A stretch of 52,576 bases of DNA from Parasitella parasitica NRRL 2501 (taxonomy: Eukaryota; Fungi; Mucoromycota). This document shows, piece after piece, positions 13,934-27,313 of this stretch (the stretch's first letter is position 1; every line of letters begins with the position of its first letter). The stretch covers positions 64,975-117,550 of the forward strand of contig MU619335.1 in NCBI GenBank assembly GCA_025201805.1. The letters are read 5' to 3'. A model generated the notes under the pieces. It had not been told where the DNA came from. It ran no database searches and was given only the letters and a program-made list of their open reading frames with translations. Both the position numbers and the translations under genes were made by a program.

Positions 13934-14504
13934 TTTTGCTATATTATAAAAATAAACATGTTCAACTTTTTATACTTCAAATCTTATACAACATAGTTCT
14001 GATATTCCACTAATAAGCTTATTCATCAAAAAGCCGTTTTCAAAATTTGCATAAAATTTCTGACACCAAAAATTGACTTGTCTTCAGTGATATGTGTATT
14101 TCTCTTCCTTCTGTGCACACTAGAACAAACGCATAAATAATATATATAAAGCAACGTAGGAATTTCTCAAGCAAACGACTGGTTTTTCAGAGTAGAAGTA
14201 CGAGTAGCGCACATACTGTGAGGGCATTTCTTGCAACTTTTTAGCCTTGTGCTAAATCTAAACTTTACATTGCTGGAAGCACAATATACTTTTTCTCTTT
14301 TTTTTTTTTTTGTTTTTTTGAGACGGAGAAGATGATAACCGATATCAAAATTGTGTCATTGACCCTCAATGATGTATGTTGCCTGTTACTAGTCTTATCG
14401 TATCCAATTCCCGAATCTGCTAAAAAAGAATCAGAGAAGGAAATGTAATTTATAGTTTATTGAACAGGATGATGATATACAGGAATTAATAATACAATAC
14501 AGAT

Positions 14505-15464
14505 TTAGACACAAGTGTAGCCACCATCAACAAACAACTCGATACCTGTAACATAAGTGCTGGCATCACTAGCTAAAAATACTACAGCGCCCCTGAGCTC
14601 TTTAGGCTCGCCTACACGACCCATGGGAGTAAAATGGTTCCATTGCTTTTCCCACTCAGGGTTGTTTTTGAGAGTAATGTCCAATAATTCGGTTCTAATG
14701 TAACCAGGGCAGATGGCATTGACACGAATGCCTTTTTGAGCCCATTCGGCAGCTAAAGCCTTGGTCATTAATGTAGTAGCGCCCTTGGATGTATTGTACT
14801 AGGAGTAAACTTTAATAACGCGTGTTGCTCGGTGCATTGGCATTTTATACATGTACTTACGGCACATTGGGGTTGAGGACGGTTGGCCACATGGCCAGAA
14901 ATGGAAGATGTAATGATGACACTACCCTTGCCCTTCTCGAGCATGTACTTGGAAGCAGCCTGAATACCGTAAAATACGCCATTGACGTTGATATCCATGG
15001 TCTTTTTCCAGTCATTCAAATCGTATTCCTACAGGACATGTGAGCATATGTCGAGTCCTATGCCAGCACACGTTCTTACCTCAGATTTACCACCAATGCT
15101 GATGCCAGCATTGGCAACAAAGACATCGATGGCGCCAAAGTCTTTGTAGATTTGATCAACCGCCTCTTTGACAGCATCAGGGTCGATGATATCAGCCTTA
15201 TAAGCTTTACAGGTAACGTTATAGTCCTTGGCGATCTGGGCAGCTGTATCGTGGGTCTTGTCGCTGGAGACAAACATGATGGCAACATTGGCACCAGATT
15301 CAGCAAGGGCTTTGCTCATTTCCAAGCCGATGCCTCTAACAGCGTTTCTGTAAATAATGGTGTTCCTGTGCTCCACATTTAAAAACTTACCTTCCGCCGC
15401 CAGTGACAATAGCAACCTTGTCTTTAAGTGAGAATTCAGGGATAGTAGGAAGTGGAGCAGACAT
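14505..15464 (-). CDS. Short-chain dehydrogenase/reductase (sorbose/xylulose reductase-like)
   Basis: VAIVTGGGRGIG, VANAG, YNTSK catalytic motif, RVNAICPGYIRT and VDGGY; three introns. Confidence 0.93.
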
Positions 15465-15880
15465 TTTCAAATAATTTAATCGAAAAAGAAAAAATCTAGT
15501 GTGGTGTTTGACATGTTTGGCTCCTTTTATAGACGTTGAGAAAAGAAAAACCAAAGGTTTCACTTGTTAGTGAGGTTCTCAAATTTGGCATTACTAGATA
15601 TGGTCAAATCTCCTCATGTTTAGACTGTATTCTCCGTGGATATATGTCATTTTTTGGCGCTAATTTTCCGGTTGTACAATAGATTCTACAGCCTACCATT
15701 CATGTTTTATCTCAAAGAAATTAAAGTTAAGAAACTAATGTGAGAGACTAAAGATACTTTGCTTTAGGTTATAAAAGAGCAATTTATTTAAAATTACAAC
15801 GGGTTACCAACTATAAAATAAGTTGAGTTTTACCAAAACGCAAATCAAGTATTGTTGGTAAGTATAATTTTATGGTTTTT

Positions 15881-15886
<6 letters not shown>

Positions 15887-15914
<28 letters not shown>
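15887..15914. repeat. (GA)n microsatellite
   Basis: Direct reading of the sequence. Confidence 0.9.
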
Positions 15915-15918
<4 letters not shown>

Positions 15919-16029
15919 GAGATAGAGATATGAAAAAAAGTATGTGTTAGTGTATCAGTATGTTTTCGTGCTATGATTGATCAATAATTGCTTTGTTTTC
16001 TTTGATTGATTGCTAGGTGTAAAGTAGAC

Positions 16030-17500
16030 ATGGACTGAATCCCCTTCTCTTAGGTGATCACTAGTTATAAAGATGGATTAACTCGAGATAATGCAAATGT
16101 GTTGCCAAAATTAACCGCGAACTCTTTCTAGGGAATACAGGCTCTTAAAAATTTGACGAAGTTGCTTTGATTCTAGCAAAAAGCTTATCAGACTGAAGGT
16201 CCCCATCTTGTGTCCTAAAATGCATTTTTTATACCTGTACAATTGAACCATGCAAGTGGATTTTCCAGCGAAATCAAAGTAGCTAAATTAATCACCAGTG
16301 ATTTGGGTGAAAAGATGGATGTCACTTTAAATATAGACGTCGATCCTCAGGTTTTTGTTCTGCTGTTGTTGCAAAGTAGCTGCAGTGACCTTTGACTTTT
16401 TGAATTCAATGAAGCATATTTCTACATCATCTTTGTCTGCCTCAAAGTCGCACGTAACGAGGGTGCCAATTCGTCTTCCATAAGAAGTTTCGATTTTGTT
16501 AATAATTTGCATTCTTTGGGTTGATACAGATACCGTTTCACCTTCTGTCAGAACCACACGCGTATCATCCAAAAGAGGCCGTAAAGCACTGATAAATGCA
16601 TGCAAATGAGATGGTTCAGAAAGATTTGGTTCTCTCTTGCACCGTTTCCTGTTGTTGAGGCTGAAAAGAGGACCTGAAGTATTGTATTAGTCAATAAAAA
16701 AAATCGAAAACCTTCCAAATTCAGAAGGTGAATGAGCGAGTGCTGTTAATAATCGAGTGAAAGATAACTGAATGCTTCCCTGCATTTGAGACAGTAAAAT
16801 TAAGTCCTGACTTGCTACGAAATCTCGTTATTATTAGAGCCCTGAAGTTAGAAATCATGTATAAACCTTCACATTTTCGATTTATTCTATTAAAAAACAA
16901 TACATATCAACCACTATTTTGCTTGTTAATAATGTATCATCTATGTCATTCGCTTTTAATGGTCGCAAAAGACGCCTTATTGTTATTAATGATGAAGAAG
17001 AACAAATGTCAAATCAGTCGTCAGTCTTGCGGACAAATCACCACTTAAGCAGCTAATTCACTTTCATGATGCATGCACTCAACAAAGGTAAAAATTGGTT
17101 GCAAACACGACATCCCATGCAAAACTAGCAAGTTTTCTTTTCTTAGCTTCATTGTATGCCTGCCGCCAAACATGAAGTTCAAAAAAAGACAGTTAGAATG
17201 TTATGTTGCAGGCTCAACTATCATCAATCCTCCAGCTTCGTTTCTAAAGCCATCCAGTGGGCTTCGAAGCAAAGTCCAGACATCCAAAGAGAAAGCAGAT
17301 TACTGGAGTGCCAATGATTTCAAGACAATGAGCCGCGATCAAGTCTCAGCATTTGCAATTAGACTTGCTGGCCTTGGTTGCCTTTTGTTTGGAGTAACTT
17401 TCCCCTGCTTCGACCCAAACTCCACCACAGCGGAGCGCACACAATTCAACAATTTAGCCCTATCTTTTTTGAAGGCAAGTATATAAACAATAGAGAGGTG
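16030..17500 (-). pseudogene. Degraded gene with a PD-(D/E)xK-like nuclease motif, of a type common in Mucoromycota repeats
   Basis: Fragment EGETVS..YGRRI..D..DVEICFIEFKK..QQQQNKNLRI (16327-16605), surrounded by stop-interrupted frames. Boundaries are approximate. Confidence 0.5.
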
Positions 17501-18234
17501 GAGAAAAGCTAGTACACTCAAATATAACAGTTTGGAATAAGACAGGAAAAGGGATATGACGTCGGAGAGTGGAGAAAGTAGATAAAAGTAATAAGACCAT
17601 CAAGAACAGTAACCAACTGTGTAAGTCATCACTGCTTCGTCTATAAAAAAAAAAAGAAAAAAAATAAGTTAAACATATCGTTATACACTGCTTCCTCCAC
17701 CTCGCATGAGAACCCAAGTCAATGATGTTCATCCGAAGACTACTACTGCAATGGTTGGTATCATGATGTTCATCCAAAGGACTACTACTACAAGCAACTT
17801 GTTTGCTGAGGTGGTTAGGAAGCCAAAAGTATGTCAAGAAAATAAAGAAAAAGAATAAAGACTTACCAAAAATAGTAGCATTATAGAATTCTTCGAGGCA
17901 CTCATTGCTTTTGCCTATAATAGAAAAAGAGAGAAACCGAGTCAAAAAGTATGGTAATAAACCTGCAATAAATAGCATCAAGACAAGGTGTGATTGGGGT
18001 GGTAGTTCAAGCCAGACTTGGATCTGATGCCGTGGGAATGGGGATGTAGGAGTGGTTGGGGATGAAGTTGGCGTAGTGGGAAGGGTTTTCTTTCACCCAA
18101 TCTTCAAAGGCAGAATTATTATCAAATATTTCTTCTACAATAGACAGATGAGGTACCCAAGGTCATCAGATGTAGAGGCCATGATAATCTCTTATATTAA
18201 AATGATAGAAATCTTTTTATATTAAAATGATAGG

Positions 18235-19254
18235 CCACCTCATTACAAAATTTTTTGCTGATTTCTTGCTTGCTATTGGCAATGGCTCCTTCCCTATTCA
18301 GCCCAACACAGCTGACTTGATTCGTATTTCGTAATAAAAGATGCTTCTGCCTGGCAATGATATTTCTGTCCTTTGCCAACATGTATATGTCTACAACAAC
18401 TTTGCGCAGGCCATCCTGACACCGACCAATGCTTTTGTTTCTAAATTAAATGACTTCATGCTTGAGAAGTTTCCCGGTAAATTCACTGAATTCCTGAGTA
18501 CTGACACGGCGTTGAGTGAAGACGATGCTTTAGAGCTGCCATCAGAATTCATGAATTCTCTCAACTGTGGTAGTCTTCCACCTCACCAGCTCAAGTTAAA
18601 AATTGGCTCGCCAATCATGATGCTCAAAAACATCGATCCTACTCATGGTGTTTATAATGGTACAAGGCTTATTTGTCGAGCATTCACAAGGAACACTATC
18701 CAGGCTGAAGTTGCAACTGGACCTTATCAACGCAATGTTGTGCTCATACCCAGAGTTACCTTAAACTCGATAGTTGAGCAAGTCGGCGTAGACTTCAAGC
18801 GTTGTCAGTTCCCTGTCAGACCAGCTTTTGCCATGACGATAAATAAATCGCAAGGTCAAACTCTGGACTTTGTAGGGCTGTATCTTCCTGTCTCAATTTT
18901 CTCGCATGGCCAATTATATGTCGCTCTATCTCGAGTTAAAAGGCCAGATGACATCTCAATCATCATCAACCCCAAGCCAAGAAGGAGTATATACATCAAA
19001 CGTTGTCTGTACTGAGATTTTTCAAAATTAATCAACTTCGAGGATTTAAACAAAAAATACCAAATAATCATAATATATCGTATCTTTATACAATACATAA
19101 ATGCTATTTCCACTCAGTATGTTTTATTTCGTTTGATTTAGCATTGTATTATGTGGGACAGCCCGCTGCAGGCGCGAGCTGTGCACCCCCTCAATTAGAA
19201 CGAAGGTCGATTTTTTTCACCGTAGTTCGGAGGGGGGTGTAAAATAGCTCGTAG
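18235..19254 (+). mobile_element. 5'-truncated Helitron: C-terminal PIF1-like helicase fragment plus 3' terminal hairpin
   Basis: FADFLLAIGNG, LPPHQLKLKIGSPIMMLKNI, NGTRL, QFPVRPAFAMTINKSQGQTL and FSHGQLYVALSRV. Frameshifted C-terminus TSNVVCTEIFQN* ends at 19031. GC-rich inverted repeat at 19175-19251. Confidence 0.85.
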
Positions 19255-19846
19255 TAATAATATATGTTGTTATTCTAATACATTTTCTTGTGAAATAATA
19301 AAGAGTTGGAGTATTTTTACACATTAGCTCACTCTTCCACATTTGATATTCTGTCATTTATGAATGCTTTGTAATATCTTGTTTGAGGGTTTCAAAAGAG
19401 TACTTTTTAAATTAACTATTCACGTTATTTGTTTTATGATACAATGCGTAATTTAAGTCGTCTCAATAAAATGGTAAGTATACCGTATGGGACCGATTTG
19501 CTGTTCGTAGATTCGCCATTCTTGCTTGAATCAAGTGCAATCATTGATAGTAACTATAGGCATTGTTACTAATGTTTATAGCTGCTCCAAACCCCCAAAT
19601 TCCTATACATAAATGCTAGTCAGGAACAACCTCGTTAATCACGAAGGATCCGTATAAGTAAGTAAACAAAGCAGCTGTTGCTATAGTTCGAAACATCCCA
19701 TTTAATCAGTGCTTTTGAAGTGCTTCCAACTATGTTTAAATGGTCACATTTGGAAGTTTGAGCCCATGCCTGTGCAGTTATAAAACCCCTTCGCTCCCAG
19801 CAAAAAAGATCTTTTATATCCTTTCAATAAACCTTCAACATAAAAT

Positions 19847-20869
19847 ATGGCTCAATTACTTGGAACACTTGCTAAATGGGCAATCCCTGTCGGCCTTGCC
19901 TTTGGTGGTGCTCAATCCGCCATGTATGATGGTAATGTATCTTTCATTAACTTGCCCCCGAGACAACAAAATATTTTAACAATGTATTATAGTCCAGGGT
20001 GGATACAGAGCTGTCATTTTTGATCGTATCCAAGGTGTCAAGCCCTCCTCTATCGGCGAAGGCACCCACTTTTTAGTCCCTTGGCTTCAGCGCGCTGTCT
20101 TATTTGATGTTCGCACAAAGCCTCGCAACATTTCCACCACCACTGGCTCCAAGGATATGCAAATGGTGTCTTTGACTTTGCGTGTTTTGCACCGCCCCGA
20201 GATCAAAAACTTACCCTTGATCTATCAAAACTTGGGTTTGGATTACGACGAAAGAGTTTTGCCTTCTATTGGTAACGAAGTTTTGAAGGCTGTTGTTGCT
20301 CAATTCGATGCGTCCGAACTTATTACTCAACGTGAGGTTGTCTCTGCCAAGATCCGTGAAGAATTGTACAAACGTGCTAGAGACTTTAACTTGGCTTTAG
20401 AAGACGTTTCTATTGTAAGTGGTTTATATATGCATAGGACCGTTTACTGATTCGCATCCTAGACACACATGACTTTTGGTAAGGAGTTCACCAATGCTGT
20501 TGAACAAAAGCAAATTGCACAACAAGAAGCCGAGCGTGCCAAGTTTGTTGTCGAGCGTGCTGAACAGGAGAAACAAGCTTCTATTATCCGTGCTGAAGGT
20601 GATTCAGAGGCTGCCGAGATGATCTCTACAGCACTGGACAAGGCTGGTGAAGGGTAAGTGGACAAAATATTGTCATTTGCCTTGTTACTAAAACGCTTGT
20701 CTTGTTTTATATACATATATACATATAAATATATAGTTTCATTGCTTTCCGTAGAATCGAAGCCAGCAAAGACATTGCACAAACTCTTTCCCGAACTGAA
20801 AACGTTACTTATTTACCCAGCAGTGCTCAGGGTGGTAGCAATATGTTGCTTGGTGTCAATGCCCAGTAG
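19847..20869 (+). CDS. PHB1: Prohibitin 1
   Basis: [58 protein letters not shown] and [16 protein letters not shown]; three introns. Confidence 0.95.
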
Positions 20870-21030
20870 TTTAGTGGAGTCGAATTGGAATCTGTAATTA
20901 CACGTAAAAAAGAATATTCTCTTCCTCCACAAGTCTTGAAACAGCAAAAATAAACTATTGATATATAAATTTTGAAGGATCATTATGGGCTCAAACATAG
21001 AATCGAATAGAAAGAGGGATGTTTGTAGAG

Positions 21031-21210
21031 AAATGTTTTACTGACATGTCTAATGGCTGTTGGCAATCAGATGGGATAAAATGGGTGTAGCTGATCGTCG
21101 CTCGCCTGCATCCAACATTTGGGAATGACTGCGGCTTCATCGGTGTGGTTGCTCTGAATGCGAAGCCAAGAGGCCAAGAAATGGTTGCGTAATGACCAAG
21201 CACATTGTGT
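21031..21210 (-). ncRNA. Candidate box H/ACA-like structured RNA
   Basis: GC-rich intergenic island. On the minus strand it reads hairpin, AGAGCA (21150-21155), long hairpin (TGTTGG/CCAACA), then ACATTT (21031-21036). Folded by eye only. Confidence 0.3.
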
Positions 21211-21374
21211 TCTCTATTGCTTTTATTCCTTGCAGCCGCGAATTTTGTTTCTGTCATCAGGTGAATAGATTTTCCTTCAGGGCGAATTTTACTTTCCGGA
21301 AAGAGTGTAACATCAATAATCAAAAGAAAAATGGACGGCGCGAGAGCAGCTGCGTCTGCGTCTTTTTGACGAGA

Positions 21375-22040
21375 ATGGTTCACGTTCATTCAAGACTAAT
21401 ACAGCCGAACAGCCTTCACCCTAAAATAGCGACATTAGTTGACTTGAAGGACACCATCAGCAATGAAGGGTTGTGCCAATTGGATATTATCTATGTGCTG
21501 CCGCCAAGCGTATTCGTTGACCCATATCAACTAAAGGACTTGCAAGAAACCATCGGCAAAGCGACTCTGTTTGGTGAACATGACCTGGAGCTGCCTCTGG
21601 AGAAGATCAAAGAGACGCGAGGAAGCATTGTGTTCTTGCGACAGACTCGTATCCAGCCCAAATGGCAGCTGGAATTGCCTCTGCATCTTCGGTACCAACA
21701 GCCTTCTATCCACACTGACCATCAGACTATTCATATTGAATCGCCTTACGCAGGTTGGACATGCGGAAATGAAAGTCAGTCATGGCCACCACTTTCAGAT
21801 GAATACAGCCTATTGCCATCTATTCAAGCAAACAGCGCATCATTTATCAAGTTATCAGGCGAGCCAGCCACACTCAATTTAACTGTGCCCATCGGCAAAG
21901 TACAGGATGCATCCGTAGTGACATTTGGTACTTTTGGTGCAGTTGTTCTCTGCGCATGCTGGATCATTTATTCTGTTGGTTTATCAATTAAAAAAAGAAG
22001 ACGAACAGAGGCAAAAGGGAAAAGGAGGAAATCAGAGTAA
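21375..22040 (+). CDS. PIG-X/PBN1-family subunit of GPI mannosyltransferase I
   Basis: LPPSVFVDPYQL, GEHDLELP and LPLHLRYQ motifs; VPIG followed by a C-terminal TM helix and basic tail. Confidence 0.85.
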   Translation: MVHVHSRLIQPNSLHPKIATLVDLKDTISNEGLCQLDIIYVLPPSVFVDPYQLKDLQETIGKATLFGEHDLELPLEKIKETRGSIVFLRQTRIQPKWQLELPLHLRYQQPSIHTDHQTIHIESPYAGWTCGNESQSWPPLSDEYSLLPSIQANSASFIKLSGEPATLNLTVPIGKVQDASVVTFGTFGAVVLCACWIIYSVGLSIKKRRRTEAKGKRRKSE

Positions 22041-22069
22041 AACCAATGATATAAAATTATGTGTTCTGT

Positions 22070-24407
22070 TTACAGTTCAATCAAAGGAGCCTCTTCAACA
22101 TGTTGTTGCTGTCTATCTGAAGAAGTTTGTTGCGGATACTCGTGGCTTCCTGCGTTATACAAGACGCTGTCCTGATTGACGGTATACTGATGGCCATGAG
22201 TAGCTTGCATAGCTTGGGGGTGCTGATGTTGAACTTGAACAGGAGCGATTGCAGGCTGCGGTTGCTTTTGCTGGTTCACAGGTGGCCATACGTGCTGAGA
22301 CGGGTATGGATGGCTGGCATTTGGTATAGGTGCGATATACGGTTGTTGCGGTTGCTGTTGCGGTTGCTGTTGCGGTTGCTGTTGCGGTTGCTGTTGCGGT
22401 TGCGGATGCGGTTGCGGTTGCGGTTGCATATGCCCAATTACAGGTGTTGCTGTGAGTGGAGGTTGGGCATAAGCTTGCTGCACAGCAGGCGGTAATTGCT
22501 GAGGAAGAGGAAGGGAAATAGGTGTTTGTGGAAACAAAGGATACCCATTGGTAGGTTGAGCAGCTTGAGTGTAAGCAGGATATTGAGGAGGAGTTGGGTG
22601 GTTATAATAGGCCTGGTATGAAGACGTGCTCGTACGTTGAGCGGTATTAGCTAGCCTCTCTTCAATTAGTTTATCGTATGCCTTTACAGCTTGATTTAAT
22701 TTGGTGTGTAAATTAACGAATAGCTCTACACAAGAGATTTAGCGGCTTATTCCTTTTTTGTGCCAAACAAATTACCATGCTTCTGACTAGTATCGTTTAG
22801 TGTTTGAACAAGTTTGGGCTGAAGTGAACCAATTTGAGTGTAAAGCTTACTAATTTGCGTATCACCGGATATGTCATTTGCTGTTGATTGAACACGTTGC
22901 ATTAGCATAGAGAATAGCTGAATGTTTTCCATATCAATAGGAGACAATTCGTTGCTATTGTATTTTGGATAGTCTTTCTTGGCTGCTGATATTTTTATGT
23001 CTTCCAATGAAGCAGCTATAGCTGCTGCGATATTGGCGTCTTCTTCCTCTTCTTCTGCACTCTTTTTTGCGGCTGCCGGAGGCTCTCCCTTTCTCTCGTT
23101 GTTGTAAAAGCTAGTCGACTTCTGTTGCTGCTGAGATTCCTTCAAAGACATTTCAATGGCCTTTTTCATGTCATCCTCAAATCGGTCATCATTAAGAGCG
23201 GTGTTGCTACTATTTGTATTTGACGTAGTTGTCGTAGTTGTAGTGGTCAGTGCTTTGTTCTTAATAGAGGGTGTAAAGGTTGGAGTCAAAGATGAGGATA
23301 TAGAAGCTGGTGTCCCAAGCAAGTTTGGTACAGCATCCTTGTCAGCTATCTTGGCAAGCTTTACTTTGATATAGCATCCATCGCATACTCGAACAGAATC
23401 ATTAATACCGAGATGAGGCAAAGGAATGCTCTTTGATGAACATTGCTGGCAAAATGTGGAACCACATTGTCGGCAATGGTGCTATTTTTAAGGCAAAACA
23501 TACAAAAAAAATGGGGGGGGGGAGGGAAGAGAGGGAAGGGGCGAATGATGATATAGATTCAATACATGTGTTCAGACAAACATCCTCTCCAAAACTAACC
23601 TTTCTGGTCGTCAATGTAAAAGAAGTTCTGCATCGTTCGCAACAATCAGAGTCTGTCCATTCTGGTGCCTATTTGGGAGAAATGTGATTAGATATAAAAA
23701 AAAAGAGAATTGTGCCAACACACACATACCACTGCAGTTTCGAATAAGCTTGGATCGACCTTGTTAGTGATAGGTGGAAATGTGTATCCTTCAGCGCGTA
23801 GTAAGGTATAGGTATCTGAGATGTAACTAAGCGCAGGATTTCCTTTAGAAGCTATTCCCCACACTTGAATCAAAGACAATGCCTTTGTCTTTACATGACT
23901 ACTTCCAGCCTACGCAGTTAATACTGTTAGAAATGAAACGACGAGTTTCACGATAGACAAAAGTCTACATACAGGTGTCTTGATGATGTGTGTTACTTCC
24001 TCCATGAATTCTCGAGTCGCAACCTCTTTTACAAACGAACTGCCACTGTTTTTTACACAGGTGTCTACCAACTATCACACGAAAGTCTTGGCAATGAGAA
24101 TCGTAATGACTCTATACAAAAGTAGAGCAGCAGGGTCTTACCTCAAGCGTAGACATAACAACATTTGGGTTCTTGTGATTTAAGCGTTGTTTCAGCGAGC
24201 GCATCGCATCCTTTGCATTTACTTTCTTGCTTCTTATTTGGTCACTGATTTCAAGGTGAAGCGAAAGGTCAACTTGCCCAGCAGGCAATAACTCTGAAGT
24301 AGCTTTCTCTAATGCAGCATTAGCGCAAACTAATTTCCTTGAAGGTGTCGCAAATACTTACCAACGAGTTCATCGAGGCCATTTGATCCCCACCAAAACG
24401 ATCCCAT
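22070..24407 (-). CDS. VPS27: ESCRT-0 subunit Vps27/Hrs (VHS, FYVE, UIM, Q/P-rich tail)
   Basis: VHS domain ([19 protein letters not shown]), FYVE ([25 protein letters not shown]), two UIMs ([12 protein letters not shown]; [12 protein letters not shown]) and PQQQ repeats. Confidence 0.93.
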
Positions 24408-26874
24408 TTTAAACAGTTTTTGTACGGTAGCGGAAAAGAAAAACGAGAAAAGGGAGGAGCACCAGACACTCTTTTCTTAGCCAGTGTTCGGCCAATCATG
24501 AGAATTTGCGATGCTCTATCCAGGTGAGCCGTGGTGTAGATTTTCGTCAAACAATAAACCATAATCATTGGTAGTAATCAGACCATCCAGCGTCATACGG
24601 TCATAGACATAGCTCAAATTTGAATGGCATTATAGATTGCGTTTGTAGAGCTTGAAAAAATCAGCAATTCAGAAACTAGACTTTTTTAGCAGATGTTTTT
24701 ATCAACTGCTCAATACAATTCTATCATCAAATCACGTACGACAGCCAATTAAAAAATACTCAACATATCGTAAACCAGGTGATATAGCAGCTATGAAGAC
24801 GTGAGGGGATTTAGTCTAGTGAACATGCAAGGTTATTTTTACTTGACTTTGTTTATTGACCGAAAGCACAAAAAATTTCGACTCAAACACTAGTTATCTT
24901 GCACCATTCTGTTTGTCTGCTACATGCTATGTTATGAAATACACAGTGATCGAGTAACCTCCATTTATCTTTGTAATATATTCATTTTTTTTTTTATAGT
25001 TGAGCATTTGTCCTTCTGTCATCATTCTTAGATTATTAAATACAACGTTGAATTCTATTAGATTTTTAAAAATGATACCTGAAAAGTAGCGTGTATGCTT
25101 TCCCAAAATTTAATTCGTGATGACTCTCAGTAATAATATGTGTAAAACCATGATATGCTAACGTACTCCTTCTAGTCTTTGTGTTTTAAGAGGGCTTTCA
25201 TCGGATGATGTCAATGCAACAACCTCATCCTGGACTCTGTTCCAAGCATATGTATACAAACATAACGATATTCTGCCTATGGAAAATGACAAACTTGTTT
25301 TCAACTGCTACTTTATGTTATACATCCAGCATGAAAACACTGCTCTGCTATCCTGCTAAATAGTAGGCGATCTGCTATAATTGATAACGCTCTTTTTTTG
25401 AATTTCAACAAAAATTTGCAGGTTAGCGATGGAGCAACTGGACAATATTTGACACAAATAAATATTATAGGGTTTCCAATAAACCAGCGAAAAAGCGATA
25501 CTTTGTTTTTTAGCGGTGAAATGTGATAGTTGTGTAGAATAAATATTTAAAATGCTCTATCAGGACGGTATATTACAGTTTTCAACTTTTACAGAATTGC
25601 CTGTACGGTGCTATTTCCAGTTTTTTTTATTGTATTAGGTTGTTGATAAATTTGACATCATTAGATGGAGGTTTACAAGGAATAATTTGATTCACGTTTT
25701 ACCTACAGTTAAATGATTGTTCATGACATTTGCTAAAGCTTCTGATAGCGTATTTCACCCTGTGATTAAACATTTTCTGCTAGTTGAATTGTGCATAATG
25801 TTTGGATCGAAAGGCAGGCCTATTTTGGACATCACAAAGTTGTCACTTCTACACTTTACACGATAAAACTGATTAGTCATTTTTTATTCCATGTTTTTCA
25901 GTAACTTTTAACGGAAAATGGAGCTGCGAGAAGGTGTGGCTTGATTAAGGTTTCGAAACACGCATGAACATAACAAATACGTAAACCACTTGTCTAGTGT
26001 ATCTCTGATTGATCAGGCATTGTTTGCTAGCATGAGATCGTTAGTTCCATTGCAAGGATCAAAATCTTCAAGTAATATAGATTTTGACATGCTATTTACA
26101 TGTATGCCGCCTAGATTTCAAAAGTTTGCATAAAGTAGCTGTAAATGGAAATTTTCTGTACGACGAAACTTCCATGGATATGTCGTAGTTCAAGACGGAC
26201 ATGATTTGCTTGCGCGAACTAGCAAGATCTGGATATGCTAAAAAAGGCGACTTTGCTATTTTGTCTTATCTCTATACAGACTTATTAACCAATGAAAAGG
26301 TCAATGCCATCAATGTATTTCGCATGGATCTTTAATAGATAAATTTTTGCAACGCTAGAAAACAACATTTTGTAATTTGAAAGTGTGCAGAATGCACATG
26401 GACCATGCTGATATTTCAGAACATGCAATATGCAAGAATTACAAATCAACGCCCCTTCTATGAATTTTGCTGTTTGCGGGGAAATTACTGTGTGTGAATT
26501 CTGGGCAATACCTGCGTAGCAGATTATACTATATCTGACCATTGTTTGGATGCACATAAACTGGGTTTCATATATACGTGTAGGACCTGTTCGTTGGATG
26601 GATGGTGTTTTACATGGACAATGGCTATATTATGAATATATAATTTCACATTTAGACACACTATTTACGAGAAGGTTCAAACTCATTGGAAACGTTGTAC
26701 TTCATTAATGCCTGCTACTTGTGTATGTGGAATGTGGTTGCACCTGAATGACCTAGTTTTTGGCCGCCAGCGGATCCAATTTTGATCTCACATGCTTCCC
26801 TATTCCTGGATTCCCTTTGCATATTCTTTTGTAACTGTGAGTTTATTGAAATGTCAAATGAGAAAAAAGAGAAG

Positions 26875-26947
26875 CTCGGAGAGATACCTATAAAAGGGCT
26901 TGATTATTAGGGAAAACGTATTACAGCGCGATTTAGCGCGTGAGAAG
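26875..26947 (+). promoter_or_regulatory. Conserved upstream module of MFS copy 1
   Basis: CTCGGAGAGAT, AGGGAAAACGTATTAC and CGTGAGAAG are shared with the copy-2 promoter at nearly the same spacing. Confidence 0.55.
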
Positions 26948-27313
26948 TGAGTGTCTTGATACTTGTTTTCCTCATATTCATTTTAGGGTTTCTTCTTTGT
27001 TCTACATATTGTGATCCAAAAGAGGAATGTTTGTGCTTGTGAGTATATTTCTGATTCTCGGTTGACACTTTTCTGTTTAAGGTTTATTCGCTAAATGATG
27101 ATATAAATTATAATATACATTTAGTGCTCTGAATCTTGTATACGTGGTCATTATAGTACCATAGCTAAAGATGTTCTCACCCCCCTCCCCCACTGTCTTT
27201 CGATTCTGGGATAGCCATGATTCGTTTTCATATAAATACAGGCTGTTTCGGGTTCCTTTCCTTCTATTCTTTTTTTTTATAATTGTAACATAGCTTCTAT
27301 CGATTCTATAGTC

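Noticed and set aside
22340-22427. 12-bp and 6-bp tandem repeat as an independent element
   Set aside because: It encodes the PQQQ/PQ tract of Vps27.
24600-26800. Possible decayed gene in a long intergenic region
   Set aside because: No recognisable motif or sustained reading frame.
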